A DNA stretch of 63,647 bases, filler included, from a bacterium (GTDB lineage Bacteria; JBDRGX01): the NCBI GenBank assembly GCA_043817485.1. It is 7 parts of 7 records of this genome, joined end to end, with 100 filler letters (N's around TTAATTAATTAA, not from the genome) between each part and the next. Parts side by side here need not be neighbours in the genome. Positions count along the whole stretch, not along the records: positions 1 to 6,520 come from JBDRGX010000080.1; positions 6,621 to 18,538 come from JBDRGX010000081.1; 5 more parts are not named here. The stretch is one strand, 5' to 3'. Both the position numbers and the translations under genes were made by a program. The notes beneath the pieces are model-generated. The model made no database searches and was not told where the DNA came from. It worked only from the letters and a program-made list of their open reading frames with translations. This document shows positions 1-10,354 of the stretch, in pieces (the first letter of the stretch is position 1; the number at the start of each line of letters is the position of its first letter).

Positions 1-297
1 GTCTCCAGCCGGCCCACTTCCAGAATTGAGAAAATTTTTTTCTATTTCAATATTAACATAATTTTCATTTTTTCCAATATTTATATCTTTTATTTGAGAC
101 ATATCTTTAATTAGCCCTTCAGCAGCAAGAAATCCTATAGCAAGATATTCTAAATTACATGGAGTACAAAGAAGAGTTACAATTTCTTGATTATTTATTA
201 AAATAGTAAATGGTGTTTCTTTAATAATTAAATCTTTTTCATCTTTTTTTTCATTATTTTTTATTTTTACAATTTCTATATTTTTCATTAAATCCAT
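1..297 (-). CDS. fdhD: Formate dehydrogenase accessory sulfurtransferase FdhD, N-terminal part (runs off the window)
   Basis: Manual translation from ATG at 297: MDLMKNIEIVKIK...KETPFTILINNQEIVTLLCTPCNLEYLAIGFLAAEGLI, the typical FdhD N-terminal pattern (EP-x-I-x-N, TP, LAxGFLxxEG). Not in the ORF track. Confidence 0.75.
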   Translation of the reverse strand, partial: MDLMKNIEIVKIKNNEKKDEKDLIIKETPFTILINNQEIVTLLCTPCNLEYLAIGFLAAEGLIKDMSQIKDINIGKNENYVNIEIEKNFLNSGSGPAGD

Positions 298-298
298 T

Positions 299-1370
299 TT
301 AAATATTTTCCATTTGTTTTTTTTGTTCTTCAATAATTAAAGCATTTATTAAATCATCCATATCTCCATCTATAATATTATTAAGATTATATAAAGTAAG
401 ATTAATTCTATGATCTGTTATTCTATTTTGAGGAAAATTATATGTTCTAATTTTTTCACTTCTATCGCCTGTGCCTACCTGTGTTTTTCTATTTTGATCA
501 ACATTATTTTTTTCTTGGTGTTTTTTAAAATCAGATAATCTTGATAACAAAACTCGCATTGCTTTTATTTTATTTTGCTGTTGAGATCTTTCATCTTGAC
601 ATTGAACTACTATTTTTGTTGGAAGATGAGTTATTCTTACAGCAGAATCTGTTGTATTTACGCTTTGTCCACCTTTGCCACCAGATCTAAAAACATCTAT
701 TTTTAAATCTTTTGGATCTATTTTAACATCTTTTTCTTCCATTTCTGGCAAAACTACAACAGAAACAGCTGAAGTATGAACTCGTCCACGTGTTTCAGTA
801 TCTGGAATTCTTTGTACTCTATGAATACCACTTTCAAAATTCCAAAATTTATAAGATTTTTTTCCTTCAACAATAAAAATTATTTCTTTATATCCCTTTA
901 CTCCACTTATATGTAAATCAATTATTTTCATTTTCCACTTTTTTTTTTTCTATATATCGACTATACATTCTAAATAAATTTGCAGCAAATAAACTAGCTT
1001 CTTCTCCTCCTGTCCCAGCTCTAATTTCTACAATTACATTTCTATTTTCATTTGGATTTTCAGGTAATAAAAATTCTTGTATTTCTTGTTCAGTTTTATT
1101 AATTTTTTCTTTTATTTCCTTAATTTCTTGTATAGCTAATTCTTTTAATTCTGCATCTTGATTATTTTCTAACATTTCTTTTGCATTATTTTCTTGTTTT
1201 TCTAATTTTTTCAAATAAAAATATTTTTCAAAAATGAATTTTAATTTACTATATTCTTTACTTGTTTTTTGAAATTCTTCGTTATTACTTATTATTTTTG
1301 GATCTGATATTTTTTGTTCTAATTCTTGATATTTTTGTTTTAAATCTTCTATTTTTTCAAATAATTTCAT
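299..1370 (-). CDS. prfA: Peptide chain release factor 1, split by a single-base frameshift in an A11 run (939-949)
   Basis: [15 protein letters not shown] in ORF 918-1370; [14 protein letters not shown] (RF1-type PxT motif) and [16 protein letters not shown] (GGQ) in ORF 299-931. Removing one A joins them as [10 protein letters not shown]. Confidence 0.93.
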
Positions 1371-1897
1371 TTTAACCTCTGATTAATGCCTGCAACCAAA
1401 AAATAAACTTCATTAGCAAATTTAGCTATTGTTTGGTTCACTTCTCCTTGTAAATCTCTAAATTCTCGTGTTATACTATTCATAGGAACTATTCCACAAC
1501 CTACTTCATTACTTACAATAATAAAAATATTTTTTGAATCTTGATGTAATTTAAGAATTTTTTTAATATGTAATTTTATTTTTTCTTTTTTCTCTTTTAA
1601 ATTTCGATATTCATAAAAAAGATTTGATAAATAAACAGTTAAACAATCTAATATAATCAAATTATTAGAAAATTTTTTTTTTAATTGAGGAATAATATTT
1701 TTACTTTCTTCAATTGTATTCCAGTTTTTAGGTCTTTTTTTTTGATGTTTCAATATTTTTATTTGCATTTCTTGTGTATCATTTATGGCTGTAGCAATAA
1801 AATAAGTTTTTCTTTTTATTTTTTTTCCTAATAAAAGAGCATAATCACTTTTTCCAGATTTTGCACCACCTAAAATAAAAATAAGTTTATTATTCAT
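1367..1897 (-). CDS. cobU: Bifunctional adenosylcobinamide kinase / adenosylcobinamide-phosphate guanylyltransferase
   Basis: GGAKSGKS P-loop, [40 protein letters not shown] motifs. Confidence 0.93.
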   Translation of the reverse strand: MNNKLIFILGGAKSGKSDYALLLGKKIKRKTYFIATAINDTQEMQIKILKHQKKRPKNWNTIEESKNIIPQLKKKFSNNLIILDCLTVYLSNLFYEYRNLKEKKEKIKLHIKKILKLHQDSKNIFIIVSNEVGCGIVPMNSITREFRDLQGEVNQTIAKFANEVYFLVAGINQRLK

Positions 1898-1910
1898 ATA
1901 ATATAAATTT

Positions 1911-1985
1911 TGGAGCGGGATACGGGACTTGAACCCGTGCTACCAGCTTGGGAAGCTAGCACTCTACCAACTGAGTTAATCCCGC
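1911..1985 (-). tRNA. tRNA-Gly (CCC)
   Basis: Reverse complement GCGGGATTAACTCAGTTGGTAGAGTGCTAGCTTCCCAAGCTGGTAGCACGGGTTCAAGTCCCGTATCCCGCTCCA: cloverleaf, anticodon CCC, U73, encoded CCA. Confidence 0.95.
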
Positions 1986-1990
1986 TATTA

Positions 1991-2114
1991 ATACCAAGTC
2001 ACATTTAAACGCTAACTGTGTTGGCTTTGTTACGGCTTCTCCAGCGTATTATCTAATACGCTTTTGTCGCCTTCTTTTTTGTGCCTTGTTATCATTCTAA
2101 ATGTAATTTAATAT
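1991..2114. repeat. Small MITE-like element with degenerate terminal inverted repeats and a central hairpin
   Basis: Left end ATACCAAGTCACATTTAA matches the reverse complement of the right end (ATATTAAATTACATTTAG) at 13/18, all mismatches transitions. Internal AGCGTATTA-tc-TAATACGCT (2043-2062). A similar left end occurs at 13629. Confidence 0.5.
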
Positions 2115-2130
2115 AAAAAATTTCAATTTT

Positions 2131-2805
2131 TTAATTGTTTTTTAGTTTTAAAAGAATATTTTTTAATTCTATTCTTTTTTCTTCAATGTTTTTTTCGTTT
2201 TTATCAATAAATATTGGATCCCCAATAAAAATAATTCCTTTACTAAAAGGTTTTGGTAAAATATATTTATCCCATGCTTTTTCAAAAATTTTAGATTTTT
2301 CTATTTTTATTGAAATTGGAATAATAGGTTGACCAGTTTTTTTTGCTAAATATATTACTCCTGGCTTAGGTTCATAAATAGGACCTACTGGACCATCTAT
2401 TGCTAAAGCAATATCAAATCCTTCGTTTATTTTTTCTATAAGAGATAATAATCCTTTTACTCCACCTTTTTTATTATCTCCTCTGACAACTTGGTATCCT
2501 AATTTTTTTATTATTTTAGTTTGATAATTTCCATCTTCACTTAAACTTGTAATTAAACAAATATTTTTGTCTTTAAAAAAATAAGCTAAAGGAAATTGTT
2601 CTCCATGCCAGAAAGCATAAATTATTTTTCCATGATTTTTTTTAATTTTTTCTATTTTAGAAAAACCTATAATTTTTAAATTAAGTGTTTTTCCAATGCT
2701 TCTAATTAAAAAGTTTCCTAAATATGGAGAAAAAAAATTCAAAAAAGCTTTTTTTATTTTCATAATTATTTTTTTTACAATAATATTTTTTAAAAAAAAT
2801 GTCAA
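2131..2805 (-). CDS. Lysophospholipid acyltransferase family protein (DUF374-like); real start may be ATG at 2763
   Basis: IYAFWHG, SLSEDG, VVRG, AIDGPVGP, KPGVIYLA, WDKYILPKPF motifs. Confidence 0.85.
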   Translation of the reverse strand: MTFFLKNIIVKKIIMKIKKAFLNFFSPYLGNFLIRSIGKTLNLKIIGFSKIEKIKKNHGKIIYAFWHGEQFPLAYFFKDKNICLITSLSEDGNYQTKIIKKLGYQVVRGDNKKGGVKGLLSLIEKINEGFDIALAIDGPVGPIYEPKPGVIYLAKKTGQPIIPISIKIEKSKIFEKAWDKYILPKPFSKGIIFIGDPIFIDKNEKNIEEKRIELKNILLKLKNN

Positions 2806-2995
2806 TAAAATTACTTTAAAAAAAATAAATTAAAAAATTTCTTGCCAAATAAAATATTATATATTATTTATCTACAAATTTTAAAATTTATTTTTGCTTT
2901 TGTATAATGAAAATAATATAAAATATTTTACAAAGTAATTTTGAAAAATAAGTTTTTAAAATAATTTTTAATTATCTAACAGGAGGTAATAATAA

Positions 2996-4000
2996 ATGGG
3001 AAAAAAAATTGCTATTAATGGATTTGGAAGAATTGGTAGAAATATTTTAAGAGCTGCTTTAAAATATAATTATGATTTTGATTTAGTAGCAGTAAATGAT
3101 TTATGTGATGCAGAAAATTTAGCTTATTTATTTAAGTATGATTCTATACATAGAACATTTGAAGGTAAAGTAGAATTTACGAATAATAGTTTAATTATAA
3201 ATGGAAAAGAAATAAAAGTTTGTTCAGAAAAAGATCCAGCAAATTTACCTTGGAAAGATTTAGGTGTTGATATAGTAATAGAATCTACTGGTTTGTTTAC
3301 TGATGCTACTCTTGCCTCAAAACATATTCAAGCTGGAGCAAAAAAAGTTATTATTTCTGCACCTGCTAAAAATGAAGATATTACCATTGTTTTAGGTGTA
3401 AATGAAAATAAATATGATATAACAAAACATAATATTATTTCTAATGCTTCTTGTACTACTAATTGTTTGGCTCCTATTGCAAAAGTACTTCATGAAAATT
3501 TTAAAATAATAAAAGGTTTAATGACTACAATTCATGCTTATACAGCTAATCAAGGAATATTAGATGGTCCAGCAAAAAAAGATTTTGCAAGAGGTAGAGC
3601 TGGTGCTCTTTCTATGGTTCCAAGTACTACAGGTGCAGCAAAAGCTATTGGTTTAGTTTTACCAGAATTAAAAGGAAAATTAAACGGAATGGCAATGAGA
3701 GTACCAGTACCAAATGTTTCTATCGTAGATTTAGTGGCTACTTTAGATAAAAAAGTAAGCGTAGAAGAAATAAATAATGTTATTAAAGAAGCTGCTAATA
3801 ATAATATGAAAAAATATGTTGAATATATTGAAGGAACTCCTTTAGTTTCATCAGATTTTATTGGTAATCCTCATTCTTCTATTTTTGATGCTTCTCAAAC
3901 AATGTTAATGGATGGAGATATGATTAAAGTATTAGCATGGTATGATAATGAATGGGGTTATTCTTGCAGAACAGTAGAATTAACTAATTATATTATGTAA
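2996..4000 (+). CDS. gap: Type I glyceraldehyde-3-phosphate dehydrogenase
   Basis: INGFGRIGR, SNASCTTNCLAP, WYDNEWGYS; AGGAGG ribosome-binding site upstream. Confidence 0.98.
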   Translation: MGKKIAINGFGRIGRNILRAALKYNYDFDLVAVNDLCDAENLAYLFKYDSIHRTFEGKVEFTNNSLIINGKEIKVCSEKDPANLPWKDLGVDIVIESTGLFTDATLASKHIQAGAKKVIISAPAKNEDITIVLGVNENKYDITKHNIISNASCTTNCLAPIAKVLHENFKIIKGLMTTIHAYTANQGILDGPAKKDFARGRAGALSMVPSTTGAAKAIGLVLPELKGKLNGMAMRVPVPNVSIVDLVATLDKKVSVEEINNVIKEAANNNMKKYVEYIEGTPLVSSDFIGNPHSSIFDASQTMLMDGDMIKVLAWYDNEWGYSCRTVELTNYIM

Positions 4001-4054
4001 GAATTTGTTAAAAAAACTCTAATAAAAAATTATTTATAGAGGAGATTTTTATTT

Positions 4055-5233
4055 ATGACAAAATTAAATTTAAAAGATATAGATTTAAAAAATAAACGAG
4101 TATTAATAAGAGTTGATTTTAATGTACCATTAGATGAAAATTTGAAAATTACTGATGATACAAGAATTAAAGAAAGTCTCCCAACTATAAATTATTGTTT
4201 AGAACAAGGCTCCAAAGTAATTTTGATGTCTCATATAGGAAGACCTAAAGGCAAAATTGTTTCTGAATTTAGTCTTAACCCAGTAAGTATTCGGCTTTCA
4301 GAATTACTTGGGAAAAAAGTAATAATGGCAAAAGATTGTGTTGGAGATGAGATTAAAGAATTAGTAAATGAAATGAAATCTGGAGAAATTATTTTATTAG
4401 AAAATTTAAGATTTCATATTGAAGAAGAAAAAAACGAAAAAGAATTTGCTTTACAACTATCTTTATTAGGTGATATTCTAATAAATGATGCATTTGGGAT
4501 TGCTCATAGAGCACATGCTTCGAATGTAGGAGTAGCAAATTTTTTACCAGCTGTATCTGGATTTTTATTAATAAAAGAAATTAAATATTTAGATGAAGCA
4601 ATAAATAATCCAAAACGTCCTTTTACTGCTATATTAGGTGGATCGAAAATTTCTGGGAAAATAGATGTAATTAAAAATTTGCTGGATAAAGTAGATAATT
4701 TACTTATTGGTGGTGCAATGGCTTATACTTTTTTAAAAGCACAAGATAAAGAAATTGGAAATTCAAAAATAGAACAAGAAAAAATTTTATTAGCAAAAGA
4801 AATTTTACAAGAAGCAAGTAAGAAAAAAGTAAATTTTATTCTTCCAGAAGATCATATTGTAGTTTCAGAAATTAAAGAAAATGCAGAAATAAAAGAAGTC
4901 AAAGAAATTCCATTTAATTCAATAGCTGTAGATATAGGAAAAGAAACAGTTAAAAAATTTAAAGAAATATTAATAAATTCAAAAACAGTAGTTTGGAATG
5001 GACCTATGGGAATTTTTGAAATGAAAAATTTTCAAACTGGAACATTTGAAATTGCTAAAATGTTGAGTGAAATTGATGCAATTACAATAGTTGGTGGTGG
5101 AGATTCTGTTGCTGCTGTTAATCAAGCTGGATATTCTCATAAAATTACACATATTTCTACAGGTGGAGGTGCTTCTTTAGAATATTTGGAAGGAAAAATT
5201 TTACCGGGAATTGCTTGTTTGAAAGATTTTTAA
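4055..5233 (+). CDS. pgk: Phosphoglycerate kinase
   Basis: RVDFNVP, LLENLRF, NDAFG, WNGPMG, GGGDS, STGGGASLE; follows gap. Confidence 0.98.
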   Translation: MTKLNLKDIDLKNKRVLIRVDFNVPLDENLKITDDTRIKESLPTINYCLEQGSKVILMSHIGRPKGKIVSEFSLNPVSIRLSELLGKKVIMAKDCVGDEIKELVNEMKSGEIILLENLRFHIEEEKNEKEFALQLSLLGDILINDAFGIAHRAHASNVGVANFLPAVSGFLLIKEIKYLDEAINNPKRPFTAILGGSKISGKIDVIKNLLDKVDNLLIGGAMAYTFLKAQDKEIGNSKIEQEKILLAKEILQEASKKKVNFILPEDHIVVSEIKENAEIKEVKEIPFNSIAVDIGKETVKKFKEILINSKTVVWNGPMGIFEMKNFQTGTFEIAKMLSEIDAITIVGGGDSVAAVNQAGYSHKITHISTGGGASLEYLEGKILPGIACLKDF

Positions 5234-5323
5234 ATATTGAAATGAAAATAGTTTTGATATTAAATTAAAATAAATATTGACTTTTATTGTAAAATGAATT
5301 AAAAAAATATATATAATTATGAT

Positions 5324-5398
<75 letters not shown>

Positions 5399-5410
5399 AC
5401 TATATAATGC

Positions 5411-5487
5411 GGCGGTGTAGCTCAGTTGGTTAGAGCATACGGTTCATACCCGTAGTGTCCGGGGTTCGAGTCCCTGCGCCGCTACCA
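5411..5487 (+). tRNA. tRNA with CAT anticodon, elongator tRNA-Met type
   Basis: GGCGGTGTAGCTCAG...TACGG-TT-CAT-AC-CCGTA...GCCGCTACCA; resembles Firmicute-type elongator tRNA-Met rather than tRNA-Ile2. Confidence 0.9.
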
Positions 5488-5519
5488 AAATATAATTGTA
5501 CCAAAATAATTTGAAATTT

Positions 5520-5558
5520 AAAGACAATTTTTTAATATGAAAAATTGTCTTTTTTTTT
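5520..5558 (+). terminator. Intrinsic terminator after the tRNA pair
   Basis: AAAGACAATTTTT-taatatg-AAAAATTGTCTTT followed by a T-run. Confidence 0.7.
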
Positions 5559-5570
5559 ACCTAATAAAAT

Positions 5571-6520
5571 ATGAATAAAATATTAAATACAATACAAAAT
5601 ACAATTGATAAGTATAAAATGATTTCTTCTTATGACAAAATTCTTCTTGGTATTTCAGGAGGACCAGATTCAGTAATGTTATTTATGGCTTTATATTTTT
5701 TTATGAAAAAATATAAATTTTCTTTTATTTGTGCTCATCTTAATTATAAACTGAGAGGAAAAGAATCTTTTGAAGATCAAGAATTTGTAAAAAGTTTATG
5801 TGAGCAATTTAAAATTCCTTGTTTTATTAAAGAAATAAATATTGCAGAATTATCTAAAAAAAAAGGTGGAATAGAAGAAATTGCAAGAGAAGAAAGATAT
5901 AAATTTTTTTTAAAACAAGCTAAAAAAAATAAAGCAAACAAAATTGCTACCGCTCATACTCAAAATGATAATATCGAAACTATTTTAATGTATTTTTTAC
6001 GAGGTACTGGAATAAATGGGTTACAAGGAATACCTATTGTAAGAGATAATATTATAAGACCTCTTCTTAATATTTCTCGAAAAGAAATATTGGAGTTTTT
6101 GAATGATAATAAAATAAAATTTAGAATTGATTCTACTAACTCTAAAAATATTTATTTTAGAAATAAAATAAGAAATAATTTTCTTCCTTATTTAAAAAAA
6201 AATTATAATCCTAATATTGATAATGTACTTTTAAATACTTCTTCTATAATTAAAGAAGAAAATAAATATTTATATAAAATAGTAAAGCAAAAATATGAAA
6301 AGATAATTAAAAATACATTTTCTACAAAAATTATTTTAAATTTAGATGAATTTTTGAAAAATGATATAGTAATTCAAAAAAGAATAATTATAAATTGCTT
6401 TAAAAATTTAAAAATTAAAGAAATATATTATCAGCATTTAGAGAATATTATTTTATTTTTAAAAAATGGCAAAACTACTTCTTTTATAAACTTACCTAAT
6501 AAAATTGTTATTAAAAAACA
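5571..6520 (+). CDS. tilS: tRNA(Ile)-lysidine synthetase, 3' end lost at the contig end
   Basis: SGGPDS, HLNYKLRG, AREERY, TAHTQND, RGTGINGL, IRPLL, DSTN, RNKIR motifs. Confidence 0.95.
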
Positions 6521-6620
6521 NNNNNNNNNNNNNNNNNNNNNNNNNNNNNNNNNNNNNNNNNNNNTTAATTAATTAANNNNNNNNNNNNNNNNNNNNNNNN
6601 NNNNNNNNNNNNNNNNNNNN
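6521..6620. other. Artificial contig linker; the others are at 18539-18638, 26266-26365, 29588-29687, 48757-48856 and 61448-61547
   Basis: Identical N44-TTAATTAATTAA-N44 spacer with stops in all six frames. Confidence 0.98.
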
Positions 6621-6959
6621 TCTTTATATATACAATTGATAATTAATGGCAAAACTATCCCATATATAGTATTTATTGCTAATATTGGCACAACATTGTA
6701 TACTTCTCATGCCAAATTTCTATTGCGACACAGTCTCCATGAATTGCCCTTTACAACAACACGGGCTCAGCATTCGTCCTTACCAATTGAACAAAAGATA
6801 AAGATGAAAATATTAAAATTGAAATTTCCAATTTAATTTTTTTCATTGTTTCGAATTGAATTCAACTTAGTATAAAAATATCTGTTAGGAACAATATATC
6901 GGTGAACAAAAAAACATATTATCTTGACAAGCATTATTTTTATCATTATTAACAAATAT

Positions 6960-7805
6960 ATGAATGAAATTATAACTACTTATGAACCAGACAATTCTTT
7001 AAAAAAGGGCTATTTATTTATTTTCAAGGAAATATTTAATGAATTTAAAAATAATAGATGGCTTATGTATCAATTATTTAAAAGGGATTTTTGTGCTTTA
7101 TATAAGCAAACTTTAATTGGTATTTTTTGGACTTTTATTATTCCTTTAATAAGTATTGGAACTTTTGTTATTTTTAATTATGCTGGAATATTCACTATTA
7201 GCGATATTCCATTTCCTTATGCTATATATGCTTTGCTTGGAATGGCTTTTTGGCAAATATTTTCTATTGGATTAATGGCTGGATCAAATTCATTAGTAAA
7301 AGCTGGTTCAATGTTAGTTAAAATTAATTTTTCTAAAAAATCATTAGTAATTGCTTCTTGCCTTCAATCAATCACTTCTTTTATAATTCAATTTATTTTA
7401 GTAATTATATTGTTATTTTGGTATAAAATTACACCAAGTATAGCAATTTTATTCGTCCCTATATTTATAATACCAATAATATTACTCACAATAGGATTTA
7501 GTTTAATTTTATCTTTATTAAATGGAATTATGAGAGATATTGGAAATAGTCTTTCATCTATTATCACCTTTTTAATGTTTTTAACTCCTATTTTTTATAA
7601 AAAACCAACAACTGGAATACTTTCAACGATAACAAAATATAATCCTTTGTATTATTTAATTTCAACCTCAAGAGAAATTATCTTAACAGGAACAACTACA
7701 GAATGGATTGGTTTTTTATTTTCAATTATTATTTCAATAATTATTTTTACATTATGTTTAATTATATTTCATTTAACCGAAACGAGAGTAACAGAAAGAA
7801 TTTAA
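6960..7805 (+). CDS. wzm: Polysaccharide ABC exporter permease (Wzm / ABC-2 type)
   Basis: KRDF-x-YKQT-x-IGIFW-x-IIPL, FLTPIFY, YNPLYY; multiple hydrophobic helices; precedes the ATPase. Start taken at ATG 6960. Confidence 0.88.
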   Translation: MNEIITTYEPDNSLKKGYLFIFKEIFNEFKNNRWLMYQLFKRDFCALYKQTLIGIFWTFIIPLISIGTFVIFNYAGIFTISDIPFPYAIYALLGMAFWQIFSIGLMAGSNSLVKAGSMLVKINFSKKSLVIASCLQSITSFIIQFILVIILLFWYKITPSIAILFVPIFIIPIILLTIGFSLILSLLNGIMRDIGNSLSSIITFLMFLTPIFYKKPTTGILSTITKYNPLYYLISTSREIILTGTTTEWIGFLFSIIISIIIFTLCLIIFHLTETRVTERI

Positions 7806-7809
7806 AAAT

Positions 7810-9074
7810 ATGAGTATAAAAGTAGAAAATGTAGCAAAAAAATATTGTAAATCATTAAAAGATCAATGTTATATGGTATTACAGATATTACTAAAAATAC
7901 ATTTGGATTAAGTTCTCATTCTGAAAAATTAAGAAAAGATGAATTTTGGGCTCTTAATAATATTTCTTTTGAAATTAAAAAAGGTGAAATATTTGGTATT
8001 ATTGGTGCTAATGGATCAGGAAAAACAACTCTTTTAAAATTACTTAATGGTATTTTTTGGCCAGATAAGGGTAAAATTTCCATTAAAGGAAAAGTAAGTG
8101 CTCTTATTGAAGTAGGTGCTGGATTTCATCCAGATTTAACAGGAAAAGAAAATATTTATATAAATGCTGCTATTTTAGGAATGACAAAAGAAGAAATAAA
8201 TAAAAAATTTGATGAAATCATAGAATTTGCTAATATTGGTGAATTTATTGATACACCCGTAAAATTTTATTCTTCAGGAATGTATGTTCGTTTAGGATTT
8301 TCTGTAGCAATTCATTGTCAGCCAGATATTTTGTTAGTAGATGAAGTATTGGCAGTAGGTGATAGAAATTTTCAAGCAAAATGTTATCAAATAATGAACG
8401 AAATTAGAAAAAAGAAAAATATGACTATGGTTCTTGTTTCTCATAACTTATTAACTATAGAAAGATTTTGTGATACAGGATTATTGCTTGATAAAGGAGA
8501 AATTAAAAGTCAAGGAGAAATTCACAAAATAATTTATGATTATCAAAAACAATATAATCAATTATTAGAAAACCAAAAAGAATTTTCTAATATTGATTTT
8601 GGAATGCCTGTAGGAACAAAAGAAGTAAAAATAATAAATGTAGAATGTTTAGATAAAGAAAATAAAAAAACAGAAATATTTGCTCATGAAGATAAATTTG
8701 GAATAAAAATAGAATATTATGCCCAAAAAACTATTTTAAATCCTATATTTGAAATTTCTCTTAATAATATAGAAGGAATTCGTATTGCTACTTTTGAATC
8801 TCATTTTGATAATATTCCAATAAAATATATAAATGGAAATGGTGTTATTGAATGTTGGATAGATAAATTACCTCTTTTATTAAACAAATATTATTTATCT
8901 ATTGAAATTTATGACGAAACTTATAATATTCTTTTTGATTATTGGAATGGGTCTGTTTTAAATAAATATTTTCAAGTATTGCCAAATCAAATTAGTACTA
9001 AAATGGCTGAATATACAGCTATTTGTCATTTTTCTTCTCAATGGAATATAAATGGAGAAATATTTAAAAAATAA
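7810..9074 (+). CDS. wzt: Polysaccharide ABC exporter ATP-binding protein with C-terminal Wzt-C domain; 5' end frameshifted at about 7857-7860
   Basis: GANGSGKT, YSSGM, LLVDEVLAVGD. ATG at 7810 gives MSIKVENVAKKYCKSLK; adding one A restores KRSMLYG into ORF 7866-9074. Confidence 0.9.
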
Positions 9075-9076
9075 TA

Positions 9077-9265
9077 TTTCACGAGCAATAATTTTTTAAT
9101 AGCTGTGGGAATGATTAAAACCACTTACAAATTCTTGAACATACTTTTCATACCTTCATGAAATATGGAATAAAAAATATACTTATTGTAGTAAGATATT
9201 TAGGAAAAACTGTTATAGAAAAAATTGGAGAAAAATATGGTGTTAAATTTGATCCACAAGTTTAA
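9077..9265 (+). pseudogene. Decayed N-terminal fragment of a sugar-phosphate nucleotidyltransferase
   Basis: Pieces in different frames: RAIIFLIAVGM, LKPLTN, ILEHTFHTFMKYGIKNILIVVRYLGKTVIEKIGEKYG, matching the NTP-transferase N-terminus. Confidence 0.5.
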
Positions 9266-9334
9266 TGACAACATTCTGTAATATTTGACTAAATATTTTA
9301 CATAGACTATATTGCGAATAAATATTTATGATGA

Positions 9335-10354
9335 TTACACATGTTCTTGTGTTTCTGAACAAATGCAAATACCATTTGTTTTTAAATCTCCTTCGCAAAG
9401 AACTTGTAAAGATATGATTGCTGATGGAAGCATAAGTAATAGAATGGGCATCTCAGCACGAATTTCTATGAAATTTGTGGTAAAAATAAGCAATACACAT
9501 AGCAGAATTCCAAATACTACAGAAGCACGTGAAAATCGATCAGCTCTGCGAAAACCAATAATTGCAAGGCTGATAGGAATAAAAAGACCAAGAAGTGGTG
9601 GATAGCTAAATTGGGTTTCGCAAATGTTTTTAAGGTTTTTAAACAATAGATCGATGATATTTACATTTTTAAAACCATCAGGTGAAAAAATATACAGACT
9701 AATCAATGTTCCTAACGAAACCGAAAACATAATTATTGAGCGTAAAACAATGCGGAACCAATTACCCCAAGTTATATTGGCAAGAATGTAAAGCCCGGGA
9801 AGCAAAACTGTATCATACTTAACAGTAATGGTGATGACAAGCAAACTTGTGAAAAAAATGAGTCGCTTCGACCGTAGAAGCATAAGCAGTATAATCCATA
9901 ATGCTAATGACACGCGATCCCAAGGGTGAAAATACGCGAAGAAGTATGTGAGTGGGAGAATTGCTGCAACATACAAAAGACCAATAAGCGAATATGATAA
10001 TGAACTTGTTTTCCGTAAGTAAGCAAAAAGAAGTAAAAAAGAAGCAAAAATAGCAATCGTGTCAATCCACTTATAGATTGTCAAAATATTGAAATTGGTA
10101 ACTCGATGAATTCCCTCTGCAAAGTAAACCGTTGCAATTCTAATGTTGACACCATTTGCACCCAACTCAGTCCACGTGGTATGACCAGGAGGAAGCAAAT
10201 TATAAAGAATAGCCTTGTGAAGCACCTGTTTTCGTCCGCAAAACGATGGTTGGTAAAGAGTTACACTACCTACCCATTTTTGTAAAATAAGCGTTAATGA
10301 TCCTGCAAGTAGAATCAAAAAAAAAAGAGAATAGATACGATGACGTTTAATCAT
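9335..10354 (-). CDS. Hypothetical polytopic membrane protein, GC content visibly above the surroundings
   Basis: 339-aa ORF with about 9-10 hydrophobic segments and AAGGA upstream; opposite strand to its neighbours. Confidence 0.75.
   Translation of the reverse strand: MIKRHRIYSLFFLILLAGSLTLILQKWVGSVTLYQPSFCGRKQVLHKAILYNLLPPGHTTWTELGANGVNIRIATVYFAEGIHRVTNFNILTIYKWIDTIAIFASFLLLFAYLRKTSSLSYSLIGLLYVAAILPLTYFFAYFHPWDRVSLALWIILLMLLRSKRLIFFTSLLVITITVKYDTVLLPGLYILANITWGNWFRIVLRSIIMFSVSLGTLISLYIFSPDGFKNVNIIDLLFKNLKNICETQFSYPPLLGLFIPISLAIIGFRRADRFSRASVVFGILLCVLLIFTTNFIEIRAEMPILLLMLPSAIISLQVLCEGDLKTNGICICSETQEHV

Noticed and set aside
6521-6620. Recurring TTAATTAATTAA motif within N-runs
   Set aside because: Artificial six-frame-stop linker; ORF ends containing X and adjacency across linkers are not biological.
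9312-9605. 97-aa plus-strand ORF, and similar short ORFs nested in long genes (e.g. 2135, 12021, 16400, 21677, 30328, 31059, 39813, 46995, 51221)
   Set aside because: They overlap well-supported genes on the opposite strand or in another frame and have no recognisable motifs.
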